Source: Paenibacillaceae bacterium (GTDB taxonomy: Bacteria > Bacillota > Bacilli > Paenibacillales > UBA4045). Taken from it: a stretch of DNA of 64,000 bases. The notes under the pieces are model-generated. The model was not told the DNA's origin, ran no database searches, and saw only the letters and a list, made by a program, of their open reading frames with translations. The position numbers and the translations under genes are program-made. The stretch covers positions 4,556 to 68,555 of the forward strand of contig JBBDIY010000069.1 of the NCBI GenBank assembly GCA_040880185.1, written 5' to 3'. Below are positions 18,333-29,050 of this stretch, one piece after another; the stretch's first letter is position 1, and each line of letters opens with the position of its first letter.

Positions 18333-19898
18333 ATGAGTATGTACAGCCCAGAGTTGACTGAAGTAATCCGACTTGCTAAGGAATACAATCTGATCCCAAT
18401 TGCTCGGACATTAATGGCCGATACGGAGACACCGATTCGTGTATTCCAACACTTGTACCAAGAGCCGAGAGCTTTCTTATTAGAGAGCGTCGAAGGTGGT
18501 GTGAAATGGGCGAGATATTCCTTTATCGGAACAGATCCATTCCTTATTATTAGAGGTAAGAATGGAACGATGGAGATTGAACATGATGGAGTTCGCACCC
18601 AATATGACGAAAAGCCGATTCAATTAGTTAAATCGTTACTTCATTCATATTCCAGTCCTGCACTTCCGGAATTGCCTCCGTTTACGGGAGGGGCCATTGG
18701 TTTCTTCGGATACGATCTACTTCAATATTATGAGAAAATACCAGCACATCGCATAGATGATTTAGAGATGGACGATGTTCACTTTATGTTCTGCGATCAG
18801 ATCATCGTATTCGATCACTTCAAACAACAGATGAAATTCATTGCCAATGTTCATGTGAAGTCCGGTGCTGCAGAAGAAGATATTGTTGCTTCTTACGAAG
18901 CCTCATGTCGTCGCATTGAAGCGATGATAGACAGGTTGAAGAGACCAACGATGCAAGATTATTCAGTGGTAGGGTCGATTCCAGAGGATGTGGATATCGG
19001 ACACTTTCAATCGAATATGACGAAGGAGCAATATATCGATCGCGTCATTCAGGCGAAGGAATACATTAGTGCAGGTGACATTTTCCAAGTTGTGCTATCT
19101 CAGCGCTTCCATATTGAAACAGACATTTCCCCATTACATGTATACCGTGTGTTAAGAACGATGAACCCTTCACCTTACATGTACTACTTGAAATTAGATG
19201 ATGAAGTGATTGTTGGGACATCTCCCGAAATGCTCGTTAAGGTCGACGAAGGTCGCGTAGAGACGAGACCTATTGCCGGAACAAGACCACGCGGCGAAAC
19301 ACCTGCAAGGGATCTCGAGCTAGAGAAGGAACTGCTTGCCGATCAGAAGGAAAGGGCAGAGCACCTCATGCTCGTCGATCTTGGGAGAAACGACATAGGC
19401 AGGGTTGCTGAATTCGGTTCAGTTCACTGTGATTCCTATATGGAGGTTGAACGATATTCCCATGTTATGCATATCGTCTCAAATGTAACTGGCAAGCTAC
19501 GGAAGGATAAGGATTTCTTCGATGCCTTCATATCCTGTATGCCTGCTGGAACTGTCTCAGGGGCGCCCAAGCTAAGAGCAATGGGTATCATCGCTGAATT
19601 AGAGAATGAGGCTCGTGGAGCTTATGCAGGCGCTATCGGATACTTAGGCTTCTCAGGCAACTTGAATACATGTATAACCATTCGAACCATCATCTTTAAG
19701 AACGGTAAAGCTTATGTTCAAGCTGGAGCAGGCATTGTGTACGACTCTGTACCTGAGAGTGAATATACAGAAACCGTGAATAAAGCTAAGGCACTCTTGA
19801 AAGCCATTCGTACGGCAGAAGCGATCTTCCATCCTGTAAACCAACAGGATAAATATATTACGAATTCTGATTATTATCTTTCACTAGGGAGGTCCTGA
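18333..19898 (+). CDS. trpE: anthranilate synthase component I
   Basis: NPSPYMYY, IAGTRPRG and LVDLGRNDIGRV motifs. The start is ambiguous (ATG 18333 or 18339 after AAGGGAG; the track start is TTG 18306). Confidence 0.93.
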   Translation: MSMYSPELTEVIRLAKEYNLIPIARTLMADTETPIRVFQHLYQEPRAFLLESVEGGVKWARYSFIGTDPFLIIRGKNGTMEIEHDGVRTQYDEKPIQLVKSLLHSYSSPALPELPPFTGGAIGFFGYDLLQYYEKIPAHRIDDLEMDDVHFMFCDQIIVFDHFKQQMKFIANVHVKSGAAEEDIVASYEASCRRIEAMIDRLKRPTMQDYSVVGSIPEDVDIGHFQSNMTKEQYIDRVIQAKEYISAGDIFQVVLSQRFHIETDISPLHVYRVLRTMNPSPYMYYLKLDDEVIVGTSPEMLVKVDEGRVETRPIAGTRPRGETPARDLELEKELLADQKERAEHLMLVDLGRNDIGRVAEFGSVHCDSYMEVERYSHVMHIVSNVTGKLRKDKDFFDAFISCMPAGTVSGAPKLRAMGIIAELENEARGAYAGAIGYLGFSGNLNTCITIRTIIFKNGKAYVQAGAGIVYDSVPESEYTETVNKAKALLKAIRTAEAIFHPVNQQDKYITNSDYYLSLGRS

Positions 19899-19900
19899 AC

Positions 19901-20941
19901 ATGGCTGAAAAATCAACGATTCAAAAAGCAATTGGACGTGTTGTGGAGGGAGAGCATCTTACGCGAGATGAGGCTTTAGCCGTAATGAATGATATAATGG
20001 AGGGATTAGGAACACCAGCACAAATCGGAAGTCTCGTTACTGCAATGAGAATGAAAGGCGAGACGATTCAAGAAATAGCAGGATTCGCCGATAGTATGCG
20101 GAGTAAATCGCATCGGGTAGAAACGGAAAGACTTAATTTATTAGATACATGTGGTACTGGTGGTGATGGAGCTAACACCTTCAATATCTCAACAGCATCT
20201 GCGATCGTCGCTGCTGCCGGGGGAATTCGCACTGCCAAGCACGGCAACAGGGCGATGTCGAGCAAGAGCGGTAGTGCTGATGTCCTCGAAGCGTTAGGTG
20301 TGAATATTTCCTTGAATAGTGTGGAAGCATCCCGTTGTCTATCCCATGTTGGTATTTGCTTCATGTTCGCTCAGGAGTATCATCAATCGATGAAGTATGC
20401 TGCTGGTCCCCGCCGAGAAATTGGTATTCGCAATATCTTTAACATGTTAGGCCCATTGACCAATCCTGCTGGAGCGGATCGTCAATTACTGGGTGTATTC
20501 GATCGGAGTAAAACCGAGATTATAGCTAATGTCCTACATGAGTTAAAGCTCAAACGTGGTTTAGTCGTATCAAGTCATGACGGGTTAGATGAGATTAGTA
20601 TTTCTGCTGCGACACAAATTTCTGAGTTGAAGAATGATGAGATTCTTACCTATGATATTACGCCCGATGACCTCGGACTTCGCATCCAACCGTTAAGTGC
20701 TATTATTGGAGGCGACGCACAGGACAATGCAACTATAATTCGAGGCGTATTAAAAGGTAATAAAGGTGCTTATAGAGATATTGTTCTGGCGAATGCAGGG
20801 GCTTGCTTCTATGTAGCTGATCGTTGTTCGTCTCTCGCCGAGGGAGTAAAGCTAGCCGCTGATGCTATTGATTCTGGAAAAGCAGAAGCAAAATTAAATG
20901 AACTTATTCGATTCACAGGAGAAATGAACCATGTATCTTGA
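19901..20941 (+). CDS. trpD: anthranilate phosphoribosyltransferase
   Basis: DTCGTGGDGANTFNIST motif. Confidence 0.93.
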   Translation: MAEKSTIQKAIGRVVEGEHLTRDEALAVMNDIMEGLGTPAQIGSLVTAMRMKGETIQEIAGFADSMRSKSHRVETERLNLLDTCGTGGDGANTFNISTASAIVAAAGGIRTAKHGNRAMSSKSGSADVLEALGVNISLNSVEASRCLSHVGICFMFAQEYHQSMKYAAGPRREIGIRNIFNMLGPLTNPAGADRQLLGVFDRSKTEIIANVLHELKLKRGLVVSSHDGLDEISISAATQISELKNDEILTYDITPDDLGLRIQPLSAIIGGDAQDNATIIRGVLKGNKGAYRDIVLANAGACFYVADRCSSLAEGVKLAADAIDSGKAEAKLNELIRFTGEMNHVS

Positions 20942-21734
20942 TCGAATTATTACTACCAAGCTTGAAGAGGTTGAACAACTGAAGTTGAGGACCACACGTC
21001 AGGAAATGGAGTTGATGATTTCAAAACTTCCTCCAACTCGTGGATTTGAGCAGGCATTAAGGAAACCGAAACGAACCACAATGGGTTTGATTGCCGAAGT
21101 TAAGAAGGCATCACCTTCCAAAGGGTTAATTCGAGCAGACTTTAATCCCATACGAATAGCCCAAGCTTACGAGCTAGCGGGTGCTGACTGTCTGTCTGTG
21201 CTTACGGATGAGCAGTATTTCCAAGGATCGAATGACTACTTGCAGCAAGTGAAGGAAGCTGTAAAGCTTCCGTTATTACGTAAGGATTTTATCATCGATG
21301 AAATACAAGTGTATGAAGCACGTGCGATAGGTGCTGATGCCATTCTGCTAATTGCTGCTATATTGACTACCGAACAGATGCGCGAATTTATTCGTGTAGC
21401 ACATGAATTACAATTGGATGTATTAGTTGAGGTTCATGATCAACTTGAATTGGAGCGAGTCCTTGAGTTAGATGCAACATTAATCGGTATTAATAATCGC
21501 AATTTGCAGACGTTTGTAACGAACTTAGGTACGACTGAGCAATTAATTAATAGGATTCCTGCAGGCGTAATTAGGGTAAGTGAGAGTGGTATCACTTTAT
21601 CGGAAGAAATCAATTACTTGTCCTCAGTAGGTGCAGATGCTGTATTGGTCGGTGAACATTTCATGCGGCAGCCTGATGTAGGGGTTGCTGTAAACCAACT
21701 ACTAGGAGCAACTGTTCAAGAAGGAGCGAATTAA
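20931..21734 (+). CDS. trpC: indole-3-glycerol phosphate synthase
   Basis: IAEVKKASPSKG motif and a TIM-barrel pattern. Overlaps trpD by 11 nt. Confidence 0.92.
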   Translation: MYLDRIITTKLEEVEQLKLRTTRQEMELMISKLPPTRGFEQALRKPKRTTMGLIAEVKKASPSKGLIRADFNPIRIAQAYELAGADCLSVLTDEQYFQGSNDYLQQVKEAVKLPLLRKDFIIDEIQVYEARAIGADAILLIAAILTTEQMREFIRVAHELQLDVLVEVHDQLELERVLELDATLIGINNRNLQTFVTNLGTTEQLINRIPAGVIRVSESGITLSEEINYLSSVGADAVLVGEHFMRQPDVGVAVNQLLGATVQEGAN

Positions 21735-22409
21735 ATGAGTGCAACGAAGCCTACGATAAAAATTTGTGGATTGCGAACCATCCCAATGGTTGTGTCTTTA
21801 GGTACACTAGCGATAGACGACGTAGGGTTCGTCTTTGCTCCCGGCAAACGAACAGTTACCGCTGAATTGGCAGCAACGATGATCATGGCGTTGCGCTTAA
21901 CAGGTAGCTTCGCAAGAGCCGTAGGCGTATTCGTGAATCCCACAATCGATCTATTAGCACATACATTAGAAATTGCGGCATTAGATGTTATACAGCTTCA
22001 TGGGCAGGAATCACCTGAATTATGCCAAGAAATCAAACAAAGGTTTAAGGGCATCGCAATATGTAAAGTATTCGCAGTAAACAATGAGATAGTTCAATCA
22101 GCTATAGCCAATCAATTAGATCCTTATCGTGGTTTGTGTGACTCTATACTTCTAGACACATATGACCCACATATTGGTGGTGGAACTGGGGAAACCTTCG
22201 CTTGGAATCGTATTCCCGCATATCAAGCATGGGCTGCTGAAGTGGGAATTCCGCTTATCATTGCAGGTGGTCTGAAACCAGATAATGTGGGTGAATTAAT
22301 TACAAATTACAAGCCGGATGGCGTTGATGTATCAAGTGGTGTGGAGACAGCTGGAGTGAAGGATATACTTCTAATAAAGACATTTATCGAAAGGGTGAGA
22401 TCAGCATGA
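21735..22409 (+). CDS. trpF: phosphoribosylanthranilate isomerase
   Basis: IKICGL N-terminus. Position between trpC and trpB. Confidence 0.88.
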   Translation: MSATKPTIKICGLRTIPMVVSLGTLAIDDVGFVFAPGKRTVTAELAATMIMALRLTGSFARAVGVFVNPTIDLLAHTLEIAALDVIQLHGQESPELCQEIKQRFKGIAICKVFAVNNEIVQSAIANQLDPYRGLCDSILLDTYDPHIGGGTGETFAWNRIPAYQAWAAEVGIPLIIAGGLKPDNVGELITNYKPDGVDVSSGVETAGVKDILLIKTFIERVRSA

Positions 22410-23614
22410 TTAGCAATGTACCTGACGAGCACGGACGATTCGGTAAATTCGGAGGGAGATTCGTTCCGGAGACACTGATGAATGCACTACTCGAGCTAGA
22501 AGAAGCGTACAAGCATTACTCCAAGGATCCTGCGTTTATCGAAGAAATCCGCTACTTGCAGCAGCAATACTCAGGACGACCAACCCCCCTGTATTATGCA
22601 GAACGGCTTACTCAATTACTGGGTGGAGCCAAAATTTATCTGAAGCGCGAAGATCTAAATCATACAGGTGCACACAAAATCAATAACGCGATTGGTCAGG
22701 CGGTTCTGGCCAAGCGTATGGGCAAAACCAAGATTATTGCTGAGACAGGAGCTGGGCAGCACGGTGTAGCATCGGCGACCGTTGCAGCATTATTCGGAAT
22801 GGAATGTAAAGTATTCATGGGCGAAGAGGATACCATCCGGCAGAAGCTGAATGTATTCCGTATGAACCTGTTAGGAACTGAAGTAATTCCCGTCTTGTCA
22901 GGTACCCGAACATTGAAGGATGCTTGTAATGAAACACTTCGATATTGGGTAAGTAATGTTCAGGATACGTACTATATTCTGGGTTCAGCTACAGGTCCAC
23001 ATCCTTACCCCATGATGGTTCGCGACTTTCAAAGGGTAATTGGCGATGAAACGAAGGTACAGATTATGGGAAGCGAAGGTAGGCTCCCGGATGCATTAGT
23101 AGCATGTGTAGGTGGTGGAAGTAATGCGGCAGGTATGTTCTATCCGTTCGTGGATGACCTATCAGTCCGTCTAATCGGAGCGGAAGCTGCGGGTAAAGGG
23201 ATTCATACGAATGAGCATGCTGCTACGATGACAATGGGAACACCGGGTGTATTCCAAGGTTCAATGAGCTATCTTCTACAAGATGAGTTCGGGCAGGTAT
23301 TGCCTGCTCATTCCATCTCAGCAGGATTGGATTATCCAGGAATTGGACCGGAGCACTCCTATTTGAAAGAAATCAAGCGTGCTGAGTATTATCCAATTAC
23401 TGATCAAGAAGCACTTGATGCCTTGCAGCTATTAAGTCGCACGGAAGGTATTATTCCTGCACTAGAAAGTGCGCATGCTGTTGCACAAACGATGAAGCTG
23501 GCTCCTACGATGAGTAAGGATGAGATTATCGTCATTAGCTTGTCAGGTCGTGGAGATAAAGACGTAGAATCGATCCAGGCCTATCTAGGAGGTGAGCTCA
23601 ATGAATCGCATTGA
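22406..23614 (+). CDS. trpB: tryptophan synthase beta chain
   Basis: [14 protein letters not shown]-lysine motif and GGGSNAAG. Confidence 0.96.
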   Translation: MISNVPDEHGRFGKFGGRFVPETLMNALLELEEAYKHYSKDPAFIEEIRYLQQQYSGRPTPLYYAERLTQLLGGAKIYLKREDLNHTGAHKINNAIGQAVLAKRMGKTKIIAETGAGQHGVASATVAALFGMECKVFMGEEDTIRQKLNVFRMNLLGTEVIPVLSGTRTLKDACNETLRYWVSNVQDTYYILGSATGPHPYPMMVRDFQRVIGDETKVQIMGSEGRLPDALVACVGGGSNAAGMFYPFVDDLSVRLIGAEAAGKGIHTNEHAATMTMGTPGVFQGSMSYLLQDEFGQVLPAHSISAGLDYPGIGPEHSYLKEIKRAEYYPITDQEALDALQLLSRTEGIIPALESAHAVAQTMKLAPTMSKDEIIVISLSGRGDKDVESIQAYLGGELNESH

Positions 23615-24410
23615 TGAAGTATTCATTAAGCTTAGGGAGCAGAAGCGTGCAGCGCTCATTCCTTTCTTAACCTTGGGAGATCCAGACGTGGATACTTCGA
23701 TTGAGATCATCCAACAGCTCGAGCTAGCTGGAGCAGATATGATTGAATTGGGTGTGCCTTATTCTGACCCCCTAGCTGATGGTCCTGTCATCCAACGGGC
23801 ATCTCAGCGTGCGCTGGAGCATGGTATTAGTATATTAGATTGTATAGGTGCTGCTACTAGAGCTAGACAGATGGGTGTGAAGCTACCATTCATCCTCTTT
23901 ACGTATTACAACCCGATCTTACAGCTTGGGTTGGAGCGGTTTTTCCAGCTGCTTGCTGACAATGGTATTAGTGGCATGATTATCCCAGATCTTCCTTATG
24001 AGGAGGATGGGGACGTTAGAAAGCTGTCGGAGCAACATAATATCCACTTAATTCCGCTCGTAGCACCCACATCGAATGAACGTATACGTCAAATATCAGC
24101 GAAAGCAGCTGGATTTGTATATTGTGTATCCTCACTCGGAGTGACCGGTGTCCGTACTCAATTCTACGAAGGTATTGACCAGTTTCTACAAACCGTTCGT
24201 GAATCTACTACACTACCTATTGCTGTTGGCTTTGGAGTATCGACGAACGAGCATTTCCGTGCATTCGCTACGAAGAGTGATGGAGTGATCGTAGGTAGTG
24301 CAATTGTGCGAACTATAGAAGAGGTGCTGCCTTTACTAAGAAATCCGGATACCAAGCCAGCGGGTTTGCAATATATTCGAAAATTCGTAAGTGAGTTAAA
24401 GGGAAATTGA
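23601..24410 (+). CDS. trpA: tryptophan synthase alpha chain
   Basis: [17 protein letters not shown] motif. ATG at 23601 lies 9 nt after GGAGG. The track start is GTG 23592. Confidence 0.93.
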   Translation: MNRIDEVFIKLREQKRAALIPFLTLGDPDVDTSIEIIQQLELAGADMIELGVPYSDPLADGPVIQRASQRALEHGISILDCIGAATRARQMGVKLPFILFTYYNPILQLGLERFFQLLADNGISGMIIPDLPYEEDGDVRKLSEQHNIHLIPLVAPTSNERIRQISAKAAGFVYCVSSLGVTGVRTQFYEGIDQFLQTVRESTTLPIAVGFGVSTNEHFRAFATKSDGVIVGSAIVRTIEEVLPLLRNPDTKPAGLQYIRKFVSELKGN

Positions 24411-24483
24411 TCTGACAGAGTGTAAATAAACTGGAATGCTTGTTTTTAATACGGTATGATATTGTAACAAAGGAGTGATTGAC

Positions 24484-25590
24484 ATGATTAAACCTAAAGC
24501 AGAGATTATTAATCTAAAAGCTTATCAACCAGGCAAACCGATTGAGGAGGTAAAGCGGGAGCTCGGTCTTACTGAAATTACCAAGTTAGCTTCTAACGAG
24601 AATCCATTCGGTTGCTCAGATCAAGCAAAGCAAGCCATAGTAGCTGAGATCAATAATAGCAGCTTATATCCAGATGGCGCTAGTCAAGAATTAACAGCAG
24701 TCGTAGCAGAATACCATGGCGTATCATCGAATCAAATTATATTCGGAGCTGGGTCGGATGAGGTTATCCTGATGATCGCCCGTGCCTATTTAATTCGCGG
24801 TGACGAAACGGTAATGGCCACACACACATTCCCGCAATATAAGCATAATTCAGAAATCGAAGGGGCCCACAGTATCGAAGTGCCGCTAGTGGATGGTGCT
24901 CATAATTTAATGGGAATGCTGGCTGCAATAACGCCTAAGACGAAAATTGTGTGGATTTGTAACCCTAACAATCCAACCGGAACGATGGTTACTCATCTGC
25001 AGGTGAAAGCCTTTCTTGAACAGGTCAGTCCAGACGTGCTAGTTGTGCTTGATGAAGCTTACTGTGAATACACAACTTCACCAGAATTCCCGGATGGTTT
25101 ACAATTGTTACTATCTCATCCGAATTTGATCTTACTTCGAACCTTCTCTAAGATATATGGCTTAGCTTCACTTCGTATTGGTTTTGGTATTGGACATCCA
25201 GAGGTCATCCGTATGATTAACCAGGTACGTGAGCCATTCAATACATCTCGATACGCTCAAGTCGCTGCTAAGGCTGCCATTCAAGATCAACAATTCGTGG
25301 TCACATGTAGAGAACAGAATTCGATGGGTCTTAAATACTTGAATGATCAATTTACTAGATTAGGGTTGAAGGCATTCCCAGCCCATGGTAATTTCATTAT
25401 GGTGGATACATTTAAACCAGCGGATAAAGTATTCCAAGGATTACTAGAGCGTGGTTTCATCGTTCGTGGAGGGCATCAACTAGACTTTCCTACATCCATT
25501 AGGGTAACTATTGGAAGTGCCGAGCAGAATGCTAAATTTATTAATGCGCTAGAGCAGACTCTGCAAAATATTACAGATGATGCTAACTGA
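24484..25590 (+). CDS. hisC: histidinol-phosphate / aromatic aminotransferase
   Basis: LASNENPFG motif and PLP site FSKIYGLASLRIG. ATG lies 8 nt after AGGAG. Confidence 0.9.
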   Translation: MIKPKAEIINLKAYQPGKPIEEVKRELGLTEITKLASNENPFGCSDQAKQAIVAEINNSSLYPDGASQELTAVVAEYHGVSSNQIIFGAGSDEVILMIARAYLIRGDETVMATHTFPQYKHNSEIEGAHSIEVPLVDGAHNLMGMLAAITPKTKIVWICNPNNPTGTMVTHLQVKAFLEQVSPDVLVVLDEAYCEYTTSPEFPDGLQLLLSHPNLILLRTFSKIYGLASLRIGFGIGHPEVIRMINQVREPFNTSRYAQVAAKAAIQDQQFVVTCREQNSMGLKYLNDQFTRLGLKAFPAHGNFIMVDTFKPADKVFQGLLERGFIVRGGHQLDFPTSIRVTIGSAEQNAKFINALEQTLQNITDDAN

Positions 25591-25616
25591 GCTTTTCTCA
25601 ATGCAACTCTAACGGA

Positions 25617-26720
25617 ATGAGTGAAACAATGAAGAAAATCGCCATATTTGGAGTCGGATTGATCGGTGGATCGTTAGCCTTATGCTTTAAGGGGGAACCT
25701 GGCTTGCATGTCATCGGTTATTCGAATAATCCAAATTCCATCACCAAATATTTAAAGCATGGTGTAGTCGATGAGGCTACCACCTCCATAGAGGAAGCGG
25801 CAATGGATGCTGACTTCATCTTCTTGTGTGTACCGGTGGGGATGTTGGAGTTTTATCTTCAACGTCTTCATGATTTAAAGCTCAAAGACGGTTGTATTAT
25901 TACCGATGTGGGAAGTACAAAAAATTCAATCGTTCAGTTCAGTGAAAAGCTGCTTCAAGCAGGCACTTATTTTATCGGTGGGCATCCCATGGCAGGTAAG
26001 GAAAAGTCAGGTGTAGAAGCAGCGACATCCCACTTGTTCGAGAATGCATTCTACGTACTTACACCGAGTACTCATGTGCCAGAGGGTGTTTATGAGCAAC
26101 TGGTCGAATTACTGAATTTAACAAAGGCCCAGATCGTACGTATTGATCCCTATTTGCATGATGAGATCGTTGGGGCTATCAGTCATCTGCCGCATATTAT
26201 TGCTGTTGCACTCGTTAATCAAATTTCCCAATACAATAATTCCAATAACCTGTACCAGTTGCTTGCAGCGGGTGGATTCCGCGATATTACGAGAATTGCC
26301 TCAAGTGATCCTGTTATCTGGCGAGATATTCTGCTTAATAATAAAGTGATTTTACTTCGTTTACTGCAGGATTGGAATGCAGAGGTCGCCACGTTCATTC
26401 AATTATTACGGGATGATAATGGGGAAGGAATAGAACAAGAATTTCTACGGGCAGGTTCATTCCGTAATCTATTACCCGAACGTCGGAAGGGAATTATTCA
26501 GTCGCAATATGAAATATATGTGGATGTTCCCGATCAACCGGGAATCATTGGAATGATTACGACCAAATTAGGGGATCATCGAGTGAATTTAAGTAATATT
26601 CAAATTATTGAGAATAGGATGGATGCTCCAGGGGTGTTACGCCTGTCATTTCGAGAAGAAGAGGACATGACGAAAGCAGTCGATATATTGAAGCAGATGA
26701 ATTGCCTCATTCATATTTAG
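25617..26720 (+). CDS. tyrA: prephenate dehydrogenase with C-terminal ACT domain
   Basis: Rossmann motif IFGVGLIGGS, GGHPMAG motif and an ACT-like C-terminus. The start could instead be the Met at 25629. Confidence 0.85.
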   Translation: MSETMKKIAIFGVGLIGGSLALCFKGEPGLHVIGYSNNPNSITKYLKHGVVDEATTSIEEAAMDADFIFLCVPVGMLEFYLQRLHDLKLKDGCIITDVGSTKNSIVQFSEKLLQAGTYFIGGHPMAGKEKSGVEAATSHLFENAFYVLTPSTHVPEGVYEQLVELLNLTKAQIVRIDPYLHDEIVGAISHLPHIIAVALVNQISQYNNSNNLYQLLAAGGFRDITRIASSDPVIWRDILLNNKVILLRLLQDWNAEVATFIQLLRDDNGEGIEQEFLRAGSFRNLLPERRKGIIQSQYEIYVDVPDQPGIIGMITTKLGDHRVNLSNIQIIENRMDAPGVLRLSFREEEDMTKAVDILKQMNCLIHI

Positions 26721-26760
26721 GGCATTATGAAGTAAAGAATAAAACGTTTACAATTTTTCG

Positions 26761-26789
26761 TTGACAGAATGTAAACGGATACATATAAT
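26761..26789 (+). promoter_or_regulatory. perfect-consensus SigA promoter (TTGACA-17-TATAAT)
   Basis: TTGACA at 26761-26766, a 17-nt spacer, and TATAAT at 26784-26789. Confidence 0.7.
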
Positions 26790-26795
26790 AAAAGT

Positions 26796-26869
26796 ACAGT
26801 ATGGTTTCTCTCCACTCCTATCCGAAATATATGGCACTCTGTGCAGCCACCGAAAGGTGGATTTTTTTT
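26796..26869 (+). ncRNA. candidate small RNA of about 75 nt, bracketed by a consensus promoter and a terminator
   Basis: The predicted TSS is about 7 nt after the -10 element. The C/U-rich stretch TTCTCTCCACTCCTATCC is followed by the CCACC-GAAA-GGTGG hairpin and T8. No SD precedes the only ATG (26801). Confidence 0.35.
26847..26869 (+). terminator. intrinsic terminator (CCACC GAAA GGTGG + T8)
   Basis: A 5-bp GC-rich stem with a GAAA tetraloop at 26847-26860, then A and eight T residues. Confidence 0.7.
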
Positions 26870-27115
26870 GTCAACACAGGTATTTTCCTTAATATTCCAA
26901 CGTACAATGAAAAGAAAAATAATTGTACAATATGGAGAAGCTCTTGTCGAAAAAGCAGGAATTCCCCCACTCGACACAGAATTAATCCTAATTACAGAAA
27001 TATTGAATATGACATAGAATATCTTCTACACATAGATCGCAACTTTTTGCTCCCAGCATAGTAATAAGATATATACGCTGGGTAGCTCCTTGGAATCGCG
27101 AGGAGGCCACTAATA

Positions 27116-27703
27116 ATGACCGATTCCCAGCTTATTAGAGAAATTAAAGATGGTAATGTCCAGCTTTATGCTGAACTGATGGTGCGTTATGAACGCAAAA
27201 TCCTCAGTTTTATTTATCATATGCTCAAAAGCGCCCATCTTGAGATGGTTGCTGAAGATTTGTGTGCCGAGACATTCTATAAAGCCTATCGCAGTCTGCA
27301 AACGTTCCGTGAGGTAGAAGCATCATTCTCTACGTGGCTATATACGATAGCTAGGAATACGGTACTTAGTGAGATGCGCAAGCATAAGAACAACATGGTA
27401 TCACTTGAGAATAGTGGGTACATACCTCAATCGGCAGTCGGGGATTCACCCGAACAGACGATATTACGCAATGAAACAGTTACCTTGGTACGAGATGCTA
27501 TTAATAACCTGCCTGAGAAACAACGCTCCGCTCTGATTCTTAGAGAGTATGACCAATTAGATTATCAAGAAATTGCTAATATACTAGGACAAACCGTTAG
27601 TTCGGTTAAATCATTATTGTTCCGAGCAAGAGCAAGTGTGAAGACGCAATTAGAGCCTTACTTATCAGAGCCGATGCTTAAAGAGTACGAAGGGATGAAT
27701 TAG
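27116..27703 (+). CDS. ECF-type RNA polymerase sigma factor
   Basis: Sigma-70 region 2 (FSTWLYTIARN) and region 4 HTH (LDYQEIANILGQTVSSVKSLLFRAR). SD GAGGAGG. Confidence 0.85.
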   Translation: MTDSQLIREIKDGNVQLYAELMVRYERKILSFIYHMLKSAHLEMVAEDLCAETFYKAYRSLQTFREVEASFSTWLYTIARNTVLSEMRKHKNNMVSLENSGYIPQSAVGDSPEQTILRNETVTLVRDAINNLPEKQRSALILREYDQLDYQEIANILGQTVSSVKSLLFRARASVKTQLEPYLSEPMLKEYEGMN

Positions 27704-27705
27704 CG

Positions 27706-28311
27706 ATGAAATGTTATGAATTTACGGAGATTTTAGCTGAATACTGGGATTTACCGGACAATGACATTCGCAAAGTGTCTGCTAATCGACACCTCAGCAC
27801 TTGTCTAGCTTGTAGCGATGAATATGAGATATGGAAGACGAGCACCGATTTGATACAGTTTTCTCGCGAGACTGACCAACCCGTTGATTTGTATAAACCC
27901 ATAGCTACAAATGTCATGAGCCGTATTTATAACGATGAATCTTGGCGATTACCGGTAACACTCAGAAGCTATACGTTCTCTTATAAGGTCAGAAGGAACA
28001 TTATGGCGACCTTTGCTTTATTCATGGCGGTATTCCTCGTAACCTTCATTAGCTCTTTGACGGGTGGCTCTGATCTTAGCACTGATTTCAATGATATGAC
28101 AGGAATTATAGATACAGCCCATGCAGACGAATTGAATATCGATGCAGATCCAACGATGTTCGATGGTATGCCTGTAGCCAGCATTAGTGCCCCAACCATA
28201 TTGAGAATGGGACCCATTCAGACTTACACCGATTATTTATTAGCCTTAAGCATACTTGGTTTCGTATTTACACTGCTTATTATGAATTGGTTATCTCGAA
28301 TTCGCGCATAA
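27706..28311 (+). CDS. zinc-binding (ZAS-like) transmembrane anti-sigma factor
   Basis: H-x3-C-x2-C (HLSTCLAC) in the N-terminal domain plus TM segments. Lies 2 nt downstream of the sigma gene. Confidence 0.7.
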   Translation: MKCYEFTEILAEYWDLPDNDIRKVSANRHLSTCLACSDEYEIWKTSTDLIQFSRETDQPVDLYKPIATNVMSRIYNDESWRLPVTLRSYTFSYKVRRNIMATFALFMAVFLVTFISSLTGGSDLSTDFNDMTGIIDTAHADELNIDADPTMFDGMPVASISAPTILRMGPIQTYTDYLLALSILGFVFTLLIMNWLSRIRA

Positions 28312-28315
28312 AGAC

Positions 28316-28348
28316 AAGCCTCTTCCTTAATTGGTTGAGGCTTTTTTT
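28316..28348 (+). terminator. intrinsic terminator
   Basis: AAGCCTC (28316-28322) pairs with GAGGCTT (28337-28343) and runs into T7. Confidence 0.7.
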
Positions 28349-28379
28349 GATATATCAGAAAATGAAAGTGAGGATACTC

Positions 28380-28961
28380 ATGACACAATTTGCTATCGTG
28401 CGTCATGGTGTGACGGATTGGAATGTAGAAGGGCGTATGCAAGGGCACCGGGATATTCCATTGAATGACATTGGACGTAATCAGGCTAGTCGAATTGCTG
28501 AACGATTACAACACGAGCATTGGGATGTAATTGTATATAGTGATTTATTGCGTGCTACTCAAACAGCTCTGTGTATTGCCGATACAGTTGGAATTGAATG
28601 TAGGATCGTGGATTCTCGATTAAGGGAACGAAACTTTGGTGAATTAGAAGGAACTACCCTTGTAGAACGAACAGAAAGGTGGGGTGATGATTGGAAACAT
28701 CTCAATCATGGAGTAGAGGGAGATGAGTCACTATTCGCCCGAGCTTCACAATGCATGGAACAACTGGCAAGTGCATATCGAAACCAGAAAATTGTCATTG
28801 TCACACATGGAGGCTGGATTCGTCAATTTTTCAAGTGTGTGTTCCCGCGTGAATTAATGGATCATCCCAATAATACTTCACTTAGCATCATTAATAGGGA
28901 TACCGACAATTGGCTTTGCTCATTGTATAATTGCACGATTCATTTAAACCAGGATCAATAG
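28380..28961 (+). CDS. histidine phosphatase (phosphoglycerate mutase family)
   Basis: The catalytic RHG motif (IVRHGVTDWN) is near the N-terminus. The start is placed after the terminator; the track ORF start at 28287 spans that terminator. Confidence 0.8.
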   Translation: MTQFAIVRHGVTDWNVEGRMQGHRDIPLNDIGRNQASRIAERLQHEHWDVIVYSDLLRATQTALCIADTVGIECRIVDSRLRERNFGELEGTTLVERTERWGDDWKHLNHGVEGDESLFARASQCMEQLASAYRNQKIVIVTHGGWIRQFFKCVFPRELMDHPNNTSLSIINRDTDNWLCSLYNCTIHLNQDQ

Positions 28962-29050
28962 ATATCGGGGAAATCTAGGCCTTCACGCATAATATCCGTT
29001 CAAATTCAAATAATGGTAATAGTCACTCATGCTCGATCGGAGGAATTACC

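Noticed and set aside
26717-27061. Track ORFs 26801-27061 (+) and 26717-26977 (-) in the tyrA-sigma spacer.
   Set aside because: Neither has an SD. The plus-strand ORF reads straight through a hairpin plus T8 terminator, and both translations are low complexity. The region is treated as non-coding (sRNA or leader).
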